DNA from: Pseudomonadota bacterium
Lineage (GTDB): Bacteria > Pseudomonadota > Gammaproteobacteria > Burkholderiales > Burkholderiaceae
DNA length: 64,000 nucleotides
Direction of reading: 5' to 3'
Assembly (NCBI GenBank): GCA_041158405.1
Contig: JBEBBK010000001.1
Span: 5,240-69,239, forward strand
A model generated the notes under the pieces. The model had not been told where the DNA came from. It saw nothing but the letters and a program-made list of their open reading frames with translations, and ran no database searches. Position numbers and translations under genes: made by a program. Each line of letters opens with the position of its first letter. The first letter of the stretch is position 1. Below, one piece after another: positions 22,470 through 32,225 of this stretch.

Positions 22470-22625
22470 ATGGAAACCAAAAAAACTAAAAGTCGCATTA
22501 TTCAAGAAATGACGGAAACCCTTGAGGACCTCAAAAAAGTAGGTGTAATAAATGACGAGCAGTTGGCTAGCTTTGTGAAGCTCGAAAGCTTGGAAGTTAA
22601 GGCCGAGAAAGGCGATGGGAATTAG
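22470..22625 (+). pseudogene. 51-aa ORF resembling the N-terminus of a HigA-like antitoxin (HTH missing)
   Basis: METKKTKSRIIQEMTETLEDLKKVGVINDEQLASFVKLESLEVKAEKGDGN*, preceded by AGGGAG RBS; below the ORF-track size cutoff. Confidence 0.5.
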
Positions 22626-22628
22626 CGG

Positions 22629-23696
22629 CTACTTAACCAATTCCTCTAAAGCCTTAATCAGCTCCTGATTTTGCTCATCCGTACCAATCGTGATGCGTAA
22701 GAAGGCATCAATGCGAGGTAACTTAAAGTGGCGCACGATGATGCCGCGCTCACGCAGTTGCTGATAAAGCGTTGCACCTGCATGCTTGGGGTGGCGTGTA
22801 AATACAAAATTAGCAGTAGACGGTAGGGTTTCAAAACCGAGTCGGTCTAGCGCAGTTACTAGCACCCCTCGCGTTTTACTCACTTTGGCCGACATTGCTT
22901 CGAGGTGGGCTTGGTCTTCAATCGCGGCAATCGCACCTGCTTGCGCCAATCGACCCAGGGGATAGGAGTTAAAACTATTTTTGACTCGCTCTAAACCCTC
23001 AATCAAATCAGGGTGGCCCACAGCAAAACCAACCCGAAGGCCAGCTAAGGCACGTGACTTGGATAGGGTGTGGCTGACTAACAAATTCTCAGGGCAGTTG
23101 GGACCACGCAGGAGCGGTATGCAGGATTCGGTGCCGTAGTCGACGTAGGCCTCATCCACCACGATGACAGAGCCGGAGTTTTTCTTGAGCAGACGCTCAA
23201 TCTCGGACCGGGAGATTGATCTACCGGTCGGCGCATTGGGATTAGGAAAAATAATGCCGCCATTGAGTTTGGCGTAATCATCGAGATTGATTGCAAAATC
23301 GGCATTGAGGGGGACGGTGCCGTACTCGATGCCAAATAGTTTGCAGTAGACCGGATAAAAGCTATAGGTGATGTCTGGAAACAAAATTGGCGATTTTTGC
23401 TTGAGCAGCCCCTGAAAAACGTGGGCCAAGACGTCATCCGAGCCGTTGCCTAAAAATACCTGTTTAGGGTCAAGGCCATGCAGTGTGGCAATCGCCTGTT
23501 TCAGGCGCGCACCCTCAGGGTCGGGGTAAAGGCGTAAGTCACTTGTGTTTTCGGCGGCAATAGCGGCAATCGCTTTGGGCGATGGGCCGTAGGGGCTTTC
23601 GTTGGTATTGAGCTTTACTAGCCGCTCCATCTGCGGCTGCTCCCCAGGAACATAGGGGGTCAATGTTTGTACAACGGGGCTCCAAAAGCGACTCAT
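22629..23696 (-). CDS. hisC: histidinol-phosphate aminotransferase (opposite strand to other his genes)
   Basis: [37 protein letters not shown] (PLP Lys). Confidence 0.93.
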   Translation of the reverse strand: MSRFWSPVVQTLTPYVPGEQPQMERLVKLNTNESPYGPSPKAIAAIAAENTSDLRLYPDPEGARLKQAIATLHGLDPKQVFLGNGSDDVLAHVFQGLLKQKSPILFPDITYSFYPVYCKLFGIEYGTVPLNADFAINLDDYAKLNGGIIFPNPNAPTGRSISRSEIERLLKKNSGSVIVVDEAYVDYGTESCIPLLRGPNCPENLLVSHTLSKSRALAGLRVGFAVGHPDLIEGLERVKNSFNSYPLGRLAQAGAIAAIEDQAHLEAMSAKVSKTRGVLVTALDRLGFETLPSTANFVFTRHPKHAGATLYQQLRERGIIVRHFKLPRIDAFLRITIGTDEQNQELIKALEELVK

Positions 23697-23836
23697 CGAA
23701 ATTCTTCTCGGTAACGTTAAACAATAACGCAGGCTAATAAAACGACTGGCTAAGTGAATGATTTAAATACAACAAATCCAACGGCAATGATATTATGAGA
23801 CTTCATTCAATACTTCGCCTATAGGCGCTTAGATGT

Positions 23837-24424
23837 ATGCGGCAAGTCGACGTTACCCGAAATACTTCGGAAACCCAAATTCAAATAGTCCTTAATCTGG
23901 ATGGCACGGGCAAGGCCGAGCTCGCCTCTGGCGTGCCCTTCTTAGACCACATGCTGGATCAGATTGTCCGTCACGGCATGATTGACCTGAAGGTCGTCGC
24001 CAAAGGCGATACCCACATTGATGATCACCACACAGTAGAAGATGTTGGTATCACCTTGGGGCAAGCCATTGCCAAAGCGGTTGGCGATAAAGTCGGTATT
24101 ACGCGCTATGGTCATTCCTATGTGCCGCTGGACGAAACCCTGTCTCGCGTCGTGATTGATTTTTCTGGCCGCCCCGGCTTGGAGTTCCATGTGCCATTTA
24201 CCCGTGCGCGGGTAGGCGATTTTGATGTGGATCTGAGTATTGAGTTCTTCCGTGGTTTTGTAAACCACGCAGGTGTGACCTTGCACATCGATAATTTGCG
24301 GGGCGTCAATGCGCACCACCAAATCGAGACAGTCTTCAAGGCCTTCGGCCGCGCTTTGCGCATGGCATTAACGCCCGATCCGCGCGCTGCAGGTCAGGTT
24401 CCTTCCACGAAAGGTAGCCTCTAA
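23837..24424 (+). CDS. hisB: imidazoleglycerol-phosphate dehydratase
   Basis: [15 protein letters not shown]. Confidence 0.97.
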   Translation: MRQVDVTRNTSETQIQIVLNLDGTGKAELASGVPFLDHMLDQIVRHGMIDLKVVAKGDTHIDDHHTVEDVGITLGQAIAKAVGDKVGITRYGHSYVPLDETLSRVVIDFSGRPGLEFHVPFTRARVGDFDVDLSIEFFRGFVNHAGVTLHIDNLRGVNAHHQIETVFKAFGRALRMALTPDPRAAGQVPSTKGSL

Positions 24425-24502
24425 TCATCGTTGAAGTGCATGGTTTGCTATGCATTGCATGCACTACAGTCCTTTATTAGTCGTTAAGCCAAAGGTCTCC
24501 CG

Positions 24503-25174
24503 TTGACCCAAACCATCGCCATCGTTGATTACGGAATGGGCAATTTACGTTCCGTTTACCAAGCCTTTCATCGGGTTGCACCGAATGCCAATGTGCTGAT
24601 TGCGACTGAACCAGAACAGATTCAAAAAGCCGATCGCGTGGTCTTGCCCGGTCAAGGTGCTATGCCCGACTGTATGAAGCAGTTGGGTGAATCCGGTCTA
24701 TTGGAGGCCTTACTACACGCTGCAAAAAATAAGCCCATGCTCGGCGTGTGCGTGGGAGAGCAAATGCTGCTGGATCGCAGTAGCGAGGTTCGGGTAGAAG
24801 AACAGGGCGGCAGTGATGCGTTTACGCCGTGCCTAGGACTTATTCCGGGCGAGGTACGGCGTTTTGAACTTGCTGGTCAATTGCAGGCCGACGGATCAGA
24901 ATACAAAGTGCCGCACATGGGCTGGAATCAGGTTCGGCAAGACAAAGACCACCCTTTATGGGCAGGCATTCCCAATCTCACCCCCTTTTATTTTGTGCAT
25001 AGCTTTTATGCAGTGCCCACAAACGAAAATCACACCGTAGGTAGTACGGAGTACGGTGCATGGTTTACTTCTGCGGTCGCCCGCGATACTATTTTTGCTA
25101 CACAGTTTCATCCCGAAAAGAGTGCAGAATACGGTTTACGGCTTTATCAAAACTTTACTACTTGGCAACCTTAA
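24503..25174 (+). CDS. hisH: imidazole glycerol phosphate synthase glutaminase subunit
   Basis: [21 protein letters not shown]; TTG start. Confidence 0.96.
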   Translation: MTQTIAIVDYGMGNLRSVYQAFHRVAPNANVLIATEPEQIQKADRVVLPGQGAMPDCMKQLGESGLLEALLHAAKNKPMLGVCVGEQMLLDRSSEVRVEEQGGSDAFTPCLGLIPGEVRRFELAGQLQADGSEYKVPHMGWNQVRQDKDHPLWAGIPNLTPFYFVHSFYAVPTNENHTVGSTEYGAWFTSAVARDTIFATQFHPEKSAEYGLRLYQNFTTWQP

Positions 25175-25189
25175 TTTTTTCTATTCATC

Positions 25190-25966
25190 ATGCTGCTGAT
25201 TCCCGCAATTGACATTAAAGACGGCCACTGCGTTCGCTTAGAGCAGGGCGATATGGACCGCGCTACGGTTTTTTCAGAAGACCCTGCTGCGATGGCAAAA
25301 CATTGGGTCAGTAAAGGTGCGCGCCGTTTGCACTTAGTTGACCTAAATGGCGCCTTTGCTGGAAAACCCAAAAATGAATCCGCCATCAAAGCCATACTAA
25401 AAGCCGTGGGCGATGACATTCCGGTCCAATTGGGTGGCGGCATTCGGGATTTGGAAACAATTGAGCGCTTGCTCGATGATGGTATTAGCACCATCATCAT
25501 TGGCACCGCGGCAGTGAAGAGCCCTGGCTTTGTGCAGGATGCCTGCACTGCATTTAGTGGCCATATTATGGTGGGCATCGACGCTCGCGATGGCAAGGTG
25601 GCTACTGACGGCTGGAGCAAGCTAACGGGCCATGAAGTGATTGATCTAGCAAAGAAGTTTGAAGACTATGGCGTCGAGGCAATCGTTTATACCGACATTG
25701 GCCGCGATGGCATGCTCAAGGGTGTGAACATGGATGCGACGATTAAGCTGGCACAAGCAGTACGCATTCCGATCATTGCGAGTGGCGGGCTATCCAATAA
25801 CAAAGACATTGAGGCGCTCTGCGCAGCAGAAGAAGAGGGCGTGATGGGCGTGATTGCGGGCCGCTCGATTTACTCCGGTGATCTAGATCTAACCAAAGCG
25901 CAGAAGTATGCCGATGAGCAAACGGCTAAGTACGCCGCGCTCATTGCAAAAAAACTCAGCAGCTAA
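25190..25966 (+). CDS. hisA: ProFAR isomerase
   Basis: [26 protein letters not shown]. Confidence 0.97.
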   Translation: MLLIPAIDIKDGHCVRLEQGDMDRATVFSEDPAAMAKHWVSKGARRLHLVDLNGAFAGKPKNESAIKAILKAVGDDIPVQLGGGIRDLETIERLLDDGISTIIIGTAAVKSPGFVQDACTAFSGHIMVGIDARDGKVATDGWSKLTGHEVIDLAKKFEDYGVEAIVYTDIGRDGMLKGVNMDATIKLAQAVRIPIIASGGLSNNKDIEALCAAEEEGVMGVIAGRSIYSGDLDLTKAQKYADEQTAKYAALIAKKLSS

Positions 25967-25969
25967 ACA

Positions 25970-26728
25970 GTGCTAACCAAACGCATTATTCCTTGCCTGG
26001 ATGTGACCGCAGGGCGCGTAGTCAAGGGCATTAATTTTGTGGGATTACGCGATGCCGGCGACCCCGTCGAAATTGCTCGCCGTTACGATGAGCAGGGCGC
26101 GGACGAGTTAACCTTTTTAGACATCACCGCAACATCCGATGGCCGTGACTTATTGCTGCCCATCATTGAGGCGGTTGCCGCGCAAGTATTTATTCCATTG
26201 ACGGTTGGTGGTGGTGTGCGCGCAGTCGGTGACGTCCGCCGCTTACTGAATGCTGGCGCTGATAAGGTGAGCATGAATTCCTCGGCGGTAGCCAATCCTG
26301 ATTTAGTTTCAGACGCTGCCGCGCATTACGGCTCGCAGTGCATTGTGGTTGCGATTGATGCCAAGCGCGTTGCGGATAATCGCTGGGAAGTATTTACCCA
26401 CGGCGGCAGAACCGCAACTGGACTTGATGTCGTGGCATGGGCAAGCGAAGTGAGTCGCCGAGGCGCAGGCGAAATTTTGCTCACCAGCATGAATCAAGAT
26501 GGCACCCAAGACGGTTTTGATCTTGCGTTAACCGCAGCCGTCAGTAAGGCAGTTCCAGTTCCAGTGATTGCGAGTGGTGGCGTTGGCAATTTGCAGCACT
26601 TGGTTGATGGCATTACAAAGGGTCGTGCTGATGCCGTACTAGCGGCCAGCATCTTTCATTACGGAACCTATACAGTCCGGCAGGCGAAGGAATTCATGGC
26701 GGCCCAGGGAATAGCGGTTCGGCTTTAG
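25970..26728 (+). CDS. hisF: imidazole glycerol phosphate synthase cyclase subunit
   Basis: [26 protein letters not shown]. Confidence 0.97.
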   Translation: MLTKRIIPCLDVTAGRVVKGINFVGLRDAGDPVEIARRYDEQGADELTFLDITATSDGRDLLLPIIEAVAAQVFIPLTVGGGVRAVGDVRRLLNAGADKVSMNSSAVANPDLVSDAAAHYGSQCIVVAIDAKRVADNRWEVFTHGGRTATGLDVVAWASEVSRRGAGEILLTSMNQDGTQDGFDLALTAAVSKAVPVPVIASGGVGNLQHLVDGITKGRADAVLAASIFHYGTYTVRQAKEFMAAQGIAVRL

Positions 26729-27045
26729 GCAAAGACCACGCTAGTTCGCCCAATACGTTTGTCTCGATTGGCTTTACGAATCACAATCTGAATATCTCGG
26801 CCTAGCTTGTTAAGGCATTCCAGCATCTTAGTCTCACTCACCCCATGAAATTGACCGCGTAACAGTTTTGATAACTTAGGTTGAGGCATTCCTAAGACCG
26901 CTGCGGCCTCGATTTGGGTCAGACGGCGTTGCGCAATAATTTCAGAAATCTTGAGAGCTAAGTTAGCCTTAACCAGCATCTCCTGATCATTGGCAAATCC
27001 GATATCAGCAAAGATGTTTCCAGAACTTTTTTCAATACCATTCAT
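26725..27045 (-). CDS. XRE-HTH antitoxin (HigA-like)
   Basis: [34 protein letters not shown]. Confidence 0.88.
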   Translation of the reverse strand: MNGIEKSSGNIFADIGFANDQEMLVKANLALKISEIIAQRRLTQIEAAAVLGMPQPKLSKLLRGQFHGVSETKMLECLNKLGRDIQIVIRKANRDKRIGRTSVVFA

Positions 27046-27048
27046 TCT

Positions 27049-27402
27049 TTATTCCTTAGCATGATCTTGAGCCATTTTTAATCGATCGCGTATTAGGTCG
27101 ATTTCTTGTTTGGGTGTTTCAATGCCACGTTTTGATTTCTTTTGAAAACAATGTAGGACATAAATAACCTCGGTAATTTTTACTGTGTAAACAGCACGAA
27201 ATGTATCTCCAAGACAGTCCTCTACAACCTCTGGTACTCCAGCCCCTGAAAATCCTTTCAATGGCTTTGCGTTTTGATGTTTCTTGTCTTGCTGCGCTAA
27301 ATACAGTGCGAACCCAAACGCTGACTTAACCTCATCAGGCATCGCCATTAAATCTTTCTTAGACGACCCTACCCATAGTACGTATTTATATACCTGATCC
27401 AT
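27049..27402 (-). CDS. RelE/HigB (Gp49-like) toxin
   Basis: WVGSSKKDL, FRAVY, YVLHCFQKKSKRGIETPK; toxin-first order. Confidence 0.88.
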   Translation of the reverse strand: MDQVYKYVLWVGSSKKDLMAMPDEVKSAFGFALYLAQQDKKHQNAKPLKGFSGAGVPEVVEDCLGDTFRAVYTVKITEVIYVLHCFQKKSKRGIETPKQEIDLIRDRLKMAQDHAKE

Positions 27403-27406
27403 TTCG

Positions 27407-27430
27407 AATTATACCTATTTGGATATAATT
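27407..27430. promoter_or_regulatory. inverted repeat AATTATA-N10-TATAATT, containing TATAAT on both strands
   Basis: Immediately upstream of the toxin ATG; candidate operator and divergent promoter. Confidence 0.5.
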
Positions 27431-27503
27431 TAGCAATAGGAATCTTAGGCCAGTGTTTACAATCAACCCTATGAAACAGACAACTCTGTCAAAATGAAAC
27501 CCT

Positions 27504-27908
27504 ATGAATACCCCCGCTACGCCGTTTAAGCCCAATCCCAATCTTGCTCCAGGCCCATGGCTGGATGCGGTGACCTGGAATACGCAAGGCTTAGTGGCGG
27601 TGATTGCCCAAGAGTTTGGCTCTGGCGATGTATTGATGATGGCGTGGATGAACCGCGAGGCTTTACTTAAAACTATGCAAATCGGTGAGGCAGTGTACTG
27701 GTCACGCTCACGCAAAAAGTTATGGCATAAGGGTGAAGAGTCTGGCCATACACAAACAGTCAAAGGCGTTCGTTTGGATTGCGATGGCGATACGATCTTA
27801 TTAGTTGTAGACCAAAAAGACGGCATCGCTTGCCATACCGGTACGCACAGTTGTTTTTTCTTAGGCTGGGATGCCAAAGACAGTACATGGCAAAAACCCG
27901 TGGAATAG
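27504..27908 (+). CDS. hisI: phosphoribosyl-AMP cyclohydrolase
   Basis: [23 protein letters not shown]. Confidence 0.96.
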   Translation: MNTPATPFKPNPNLAPGPWLDAVTWNTQGLVAVIAQEFGSGDVLMMAWMNREALLKTMQIGEAVYWSRSRKKLWHKGEESGHTQTVKGVRLDCDGDTILLVVDQKDGIACHTGTHSCFFLGWDAKDSTWQKPVE

Positions 27909-27917
27909 AATGCAGCT

Positions 27918-28304
27918 ATGAGCAAAGACAAGAATTCCCCTAATTTAGATGCGGTACTGGCCTACTTAGCAGATGTGGTGGATGGTCGCCGCGCCGATTT
28001 GGCGGCGGGTAAGGTCGATCCTAAATCCTCTTACATTGCCCAGCTTTTCTCTAAGGGCGATGACGCCATCCTGAAAAAGATTGGCGAAGAGGCTACCGAA
28101 GCAGTTATGGCCGCCAAAGATAGCCGCAACAACCATTTAGCTCCAGAGCAACAAGCCCTCCTCGTCGGTGAAATGGCTGATCTGTGGTTTCATTGTCTGG
28201 TGGCTTTATCCCAATTTGGTTTACGGCCAGAGGATGTATTGGCCGAGCTGACTCGCCGGGAAGGCGTTTCTGGCATTGCCGAGAAAGCCTCTAGAGCAAG
28301 CTAA
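27918..28304 (+). CDS. hisE: phosphoribosyl-ATP pyrophosphatase
   Basis: [17 protein letters not shown]. Confidence 0.96.
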   Translation: MSKDKNSPNLDAVLAYLADVVDGRRADLAAGKVDPKSSYIAQLFSKGDDAILKKIGEEATEAVMAAKDSRNNHLAPEQQALLVGEMADLWFHCLVALSQFGLRPEDVLAELTRREGVSGIAEKASRAS

Positions 28305-28350
28305 CCCATCGCTTTTGTAGTACTGAAGCCCCTTTTTGAACGAGCGCACC

Positions 28351-28707
28351 ATGGAAAATCACGAAAACTGCATCTTTTGCAAAATTATTGCCGGAACCAT
28401 ACCTTGTCAAAAAGTCTATGAAGACGATGAGGTCTTTGGTTTTAAGGACATTAATCCAGCTGCCCCCATCCATTTTTTGTTGATCCCGAAGCGGCACATC
28501 ACTACCCTAGAGGCAGATGCGCCCCTGGACGCCCAATTGCTGGGTAGAATGATGGCATTAGCACCACGCTTGGCAGTTGAGCAGGGTTGCCGTCCTGGAC
28601 GGGATGGCGGTTTTCGCTTATCGCTGAACAATGGCGCAGATGGGGGTCAAGAGGTCTATCACACGCATTTGCATGTGATGGGCGGGCCGCGCCCCTGGAA
28701 TAAATAA
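28351..28707 (+). CDS. HIT-family nucleotide-binding protein
   Basis: CIFCKI, HTHLHV histidine triad. Confidence 0.93.
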   Translation: MENHENCIFCKIIAGTIPCQKVYEDDEVFGFKDINPAAPIHFLLIPKRHITTLEADAPLDAQLLGRMMALAPRLAVEQGCRPGRDGGFRLSLNNGADGGQEVYHTHLHVMGGPRPWNK

Positions 28708-28724
28708 GACAAGGAGAGCAGAAA

Positions 28725-28958
28725 ATGGGTTCATTCAGTATTTGGCATTGGCTGGTTGTTCTAGTAATTGTGATGCTGATATTCGGCACCAAAAAGCTGC
28801 GCAATATGGGTAGTGATTTGGGCGGCGCTGTCAAAGGCTTCAAAGATGGCATGAAAACCGGCGAAGACAAAGCAGAGCAAATTCCGCAGACAGCAACTCA
28901 GCAAACGGCGTCGGCTGACAAAACCGTGGACGTTCAGGCAAAAGACCTCAATAAGTAA
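28725..28958 (+). CDS. tatA: Tat translocase subunit TatA
   Basis: MGSFSIWHW...FGTKKL. Confidence 0.96.
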   Translation: MGSFSIWHWLVVLVIVMLIFGTKKLRNMGSDLGGAVKGFKDGMKTGEDKAEQIPQTATQQTASADKTVDVQAKDLNK

Positions 28959-28993
28959 TCTAGACATGATTGCAATCCCCGCAGTGCCTTTAC

Positions 28994-29482
28994 ATGATTG
29001 ATCTTGGAGTTTCAAAACTCGCATTGATTGCAGTCGTCGCATTGGTAGTAGTCGGACCAGAGCGTTTGCCTAAAATCGCCCGCATGGCTGGTAATTTATT
29101 TAGCCGTGCTCAGCGCTATATGTCGGAGGTGCGCAGCGAGGTGAATCGCCAAATGGAGCTCGATGAATTTAAGAAGCTCCGCGAAGAAAGCACCTCGATA
29201 TTCAAGGACGTTGAAAGTAGCCTCAACGAAACGGTACAAGAGGCTCAGCTCAACTTAAGCGATCAAGCCGACACGAGTGCTTACGTATCCAACTTTAGCA
29301 ACAAAATGAGCCTTGATGAGGCTGCCGTTTATCGCGAGAGTTTGCGCCAAGGCCGTGACAGTTGGCGCGTCAAACGCGGTAATCGCCCAACCTGGTTTAA
29401 GCATTCGTCGGGTACGCGCACCCGTGTGCAGTCGGGTGCAGCTCGCATGAAGCGCTATCGCCACACCTCTTCCATGAAGTAA
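28994..29482 (+). CDS. tatB: Tat translocase subunit TatB
   Basis: MIDLGVSK...VVGPERLP. Confidence 0.94.
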   Translation: MIDLGVSKLALIAVVALVVVGPERLPKIARMAGNLFSRAQRYMSEVRSEVNRQMELDEFKKLREESTSIFKDVESSLNETVQEAQLNLSDQADTSAYVSNFSNKMSLDEAAVYRESLRQGRDSWRVKRGNRPTWFKHSSGTRTRVQSGAARMKRYRHTSSMK

Positions 29483-29485
29483 TGT

Positions 29486-30361
29486 ATGACACAGCCAAGC
29501 GATAGCAACAACAAACTCAATCACGATGCAGCCGATCACGATGCCAAGGCCGATGCAACCGTAGGCGAAGGTTTGCAAGAAAGTTTTTTATCGCATCTAT
29601 TTGAGTTGCGTGATCGCGTCATTAAAGCCGGCCTTGCCATCATTATCGTGTTTGCAAGCCTTGCCTATTGGGCGCCTGATATTTTTCATATCTTTGCACA
29701 GCCCCTCCTAAGTTCCTTGCCTGCAGGCGGCAAAATGATTGTGACTGACATTACGGGCTCCTTCTTTGTGCCGATGAAGGTCACCATGCTAGTGGCATTT
29801 TTAATTGCCTTGCCATGGGTGCTTTATCAAATGTGGGCCTTTATCGCGCCAGGTCTATATCAGCATGAGCGTACATTAGTTATTCCACTCGTGGTGAGTA
29901 GCTATAGTCTCTTTCTATTCGGCATGGCCTTTGCTTACTTCTTAGTATTTCCGACGGTGTTTAATTTCATGGCACAGTACAACGCTCCCTTGGGTGCGGA
30001 GATGAGTACGGATATTGATAAGTACTTGAGTTTTGCCATGACCACCTTCTTGGCATTTGGTATTACCTTTGAAGTGCCGGTGGTAGTGGTGGTTCTCGTG
30101 CGCATGGGGCTGGTTACCTTAGCAAAGCTTAAAGAAATTAGACCTTATGTGATTGTGGGTGCGTTTGTAATTGCAGCAGTAGTGACGCCGCCGGACGTGC
30201 TCTCGCAATTACTGTTGGCGATCCCCATGACCTTGCTTTATGAGCTGGGTTTACTGATTGCACGCTTTTACCAGCCCAAGAAATCAGCCGAAGATATTGC
30301 GGATGATTTAAAGGATGCGGAGCTCGATAAAGCCAGAACTGAGACAGAGCAACAGCCCTAG
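29486..30361 (+). CDS. tatC: Tat translocase subunit TatC
   Basis: SHLFELRDR, PGLYQHE, TPPDVLSQ. Confidence 0.96.
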   Translation: MTQPSDSNNKLNHDAADHDAKADATVGEGLQESFLSHLFELRDRVIKAGLAIIIVFASLAYWAPDIFHIFAQPLLSSLPAGGKMIVTDITGSFFVPMKVTMLVAFLIALPWVLYQMWAFIAPGLYQHERTLVIPLVVSSYSLFLFGMAFAYFLVFPTVFNFMAQYNAPLGAEMSTDIDKYLSFAMTTFLAFGITFEVPVVVVVLVRMGLVTLAKLKEIRPYVIVGAFVIAAVVTPPDVLSQLLLAIPMTLLYELGLLIARFYQPKKSAEDIADDLKDAELDKARTETEQQP

Positions 30362-30377
30362 GTTTGGCGTAGCTGCA

Positions 30378-32018
30378 TCACTTCTTTTTACGTAACGGTG
30401 TCGTTGCTTCTTTAGTAAATGTACTAAGCAACCACTGGTTAACCTTGTCAAAGCGATAACGTCGTTGCCGCAAGTTACCTTCGCGCAACCTGCTTTCAGT
30501 TAACTCATCCTCATCTGCTGCATCGCGCGTGATTGAATCGCGTGACCCAGAGGTGATACCAAGCCCGCTGCTGGTGTTGCCAGTAAATACTTTGCCGGCA
30601 GCCATTAAAGCCCGGCGTTGCCCAATGGTTTCAATCTGAATTAACCTCGGCAAAATTTTGGGCAGTTCCCAGCGAATATCCACTACCACGCAGTGCTCAT
30701 GTTGCAGTAGGGCAATGTCGGCCAAGAGCAATTCGGCTTTACTAAAATGAAACTGGTTCGCTATAACGAGACGATGGCAAAGCAAGAGCCATTCGTATTC
30801 GATTTTGTATTCGGAATGCCGATTAATAGCCTGCTCAGCCAGAAGAGCTAAATCATGCCAATCATTTGCGGCGGGCTTAGGATAACTTTCCAGAATCTTT
30901 ATAAGCAAGTCCCTTGCGTCATGAACGCCCTGTTGCTGCGCTTGCCATACCCAGTAGGAGGCTTGCAAGCCCTTCACCCGCTCTTCTAACTTTTCTCGAC
31001 GACGCCATAAGTGAGCCCCTTTCCGAAACTGCGCTTGTGCATGCCCTAGATCCGCAGCGCGATCAAAGCAGCGATCACTCTCGGCTGCGTTGTATCCCGA
31101 AAATTGTGGACGGCGATAAATTTCACCGAGTGCAAACCAGGCATCGCGATTACCATCCTTGGCTGCCAACTCCAACCAATAGACGGCTTTCTTGAGGGAG
31201 GCATTCGAGCGACCTTTGTCAGCGTCGGGATCGCTAGAGCCGGATGCAGAAACACCATCCAATTGCGCCAACTGCAATCCAAGTGTTAGGCGTGCAATCG
31301 TTAAGCCCATCTCAGCGGCTTCCAGTAAATAATTGTGTTTTCCGCTTGCTAGCCACTGCGACCAAAGCCCAGAAAGGGCTTCATCTTTGGGTTGTAAGCG
31401 CAGCAACAATTCTTTAGCCGATTGGGTGAAGCTATTTTCAGTTTCAGCAAGCGATTGCAAATACGATTTGCACACCAGCTGAAGCGAAGGCAAATCAGAT
31501 GATGGAACTGAATCCATTTTTGCCAGATCTTCCGATGCAAGCCAATCACGTAAGCGCATCTGTTCTTCCACATATCCTGGCGACAATAAAAACTGAATGA
31601 GTTGCCACCGAGCTTGAAGTGCAAGTTGAGATTGGGTAGAGAGCGCTGAAAGCAAAGAATCTGAGGAATCTGAAGAAGGTGAGGGGGGTAAGGCAACAGC
31701 GAGTTTCCAAAAGAGCTTCCAGCCAAATGGGAAGGCGGGAGAGCCAACGGTATTAGCGAGAGGAACCGTGCTTATCAGGCTAAAAATAGGAGCCAAGGAG
31801 CCATTCAAACCCAAATCAAAGACTTCATCTGAGCCAATATCTGTAACTGACTGATTTGTAATAGAAAAAAAGGATTTTTCTAGCCAAACCAAGGAGTTGG
31901 CCGGCTGAATCGGGGTATTGAAGGCCCCATTCAAATAAGCAGAAGCTAAATTTTGTTGCGCAGAAACATCACCAAAACGGGCTGACTGCAGGATTTTTAG
32001 AAATTCTCGGCTTGCCAT
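30378..32018 (-). CDS. Sel1-like repeat protein with uncharacterised C-terminal domain
   Basis: Sel1 repeats (GDVSAQQNLASAY; KAVYWLELAAKDGNRDAWFALGEIY; AADLGHAQAQF); no signal peptide seen. Confidence 0.8.
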   Translation of the reverse strand: MASREFLKILQSARFGDVSAQQNLASAYLNGAFNTPIQPANSLVWLEKSFFSITNQSVTDIGSDEVFDLGLNGSLAPIFSLISTVPLANTVGSPAFPFGWKLFWKLAVALPPSPSSDSSDSLLSALSTQSQLALQARWQLIQFLLSPGYVEEQMRLRDWLASEDLAKMDSVPSSDLPSLQLVCKSYLQSLAETENSFTQSAKELLLRLQPKDEALSGLWSQWLASGKHNYLLEAAEMGLTIARLTLGLQLAQLDGVSASGSSDPDADKGRSNASLKKAVYWLELAAKDGNRDAWFALGEIYRRPQFSGYNAAESDRCFDRAADLGHAQAQFRKGAHLWRRREKLEERVKGLQASYWVWQAQQQGVHDARDLLIKILESYPKPAANDWHDLALLAEQAINRHSEYKIEYEWLLLCHRLVIANQFHFSKAELLLADIALLQHEHCVVVDIRWELPKILPRLIQIETIGQRRALMAAGKVFTGNTSSGLGITSGSRDSITRDAADEDELTESRLREGNLRQRRYRFDKVNQWLLSTFTKEATTPLRKKK

Positions 32019-32066
32019 CTGACAATTTTGGCACTAATAGGCTAAAAAGAGCAAAAAACCAAGCCC

Positions 32067-32086
32067 TTGTTGTCGTGATACAACAA
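32067..32086. promoter_or_regulatory. palindrome TTGTTGT-N6-ACAACAA between the divergent Sel1 and porin genes
   Basis: Perfect 7-bp arms. Confidence 0.55.
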
Positions 32087-32225
32087 AGAAAGCCAAAAAA
32101 CATCCTTTTCACAAGCAAAAGCGCCTTTTTATGCTCCTGCACCTATTCTAGCGGGGCAAAAGAGGCAAAATACATGAGCCCCAATTTATTTGGGCATTAC
32201 TTTTTAATTTATGGAGATTTAAAGA

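Noticed and set aside
24435-24465. AGTGCATG...CATGCACT hairpin between hisB and hisH
   Set aside because: Single short repeat, no U tract or second copy seen; function unsupported
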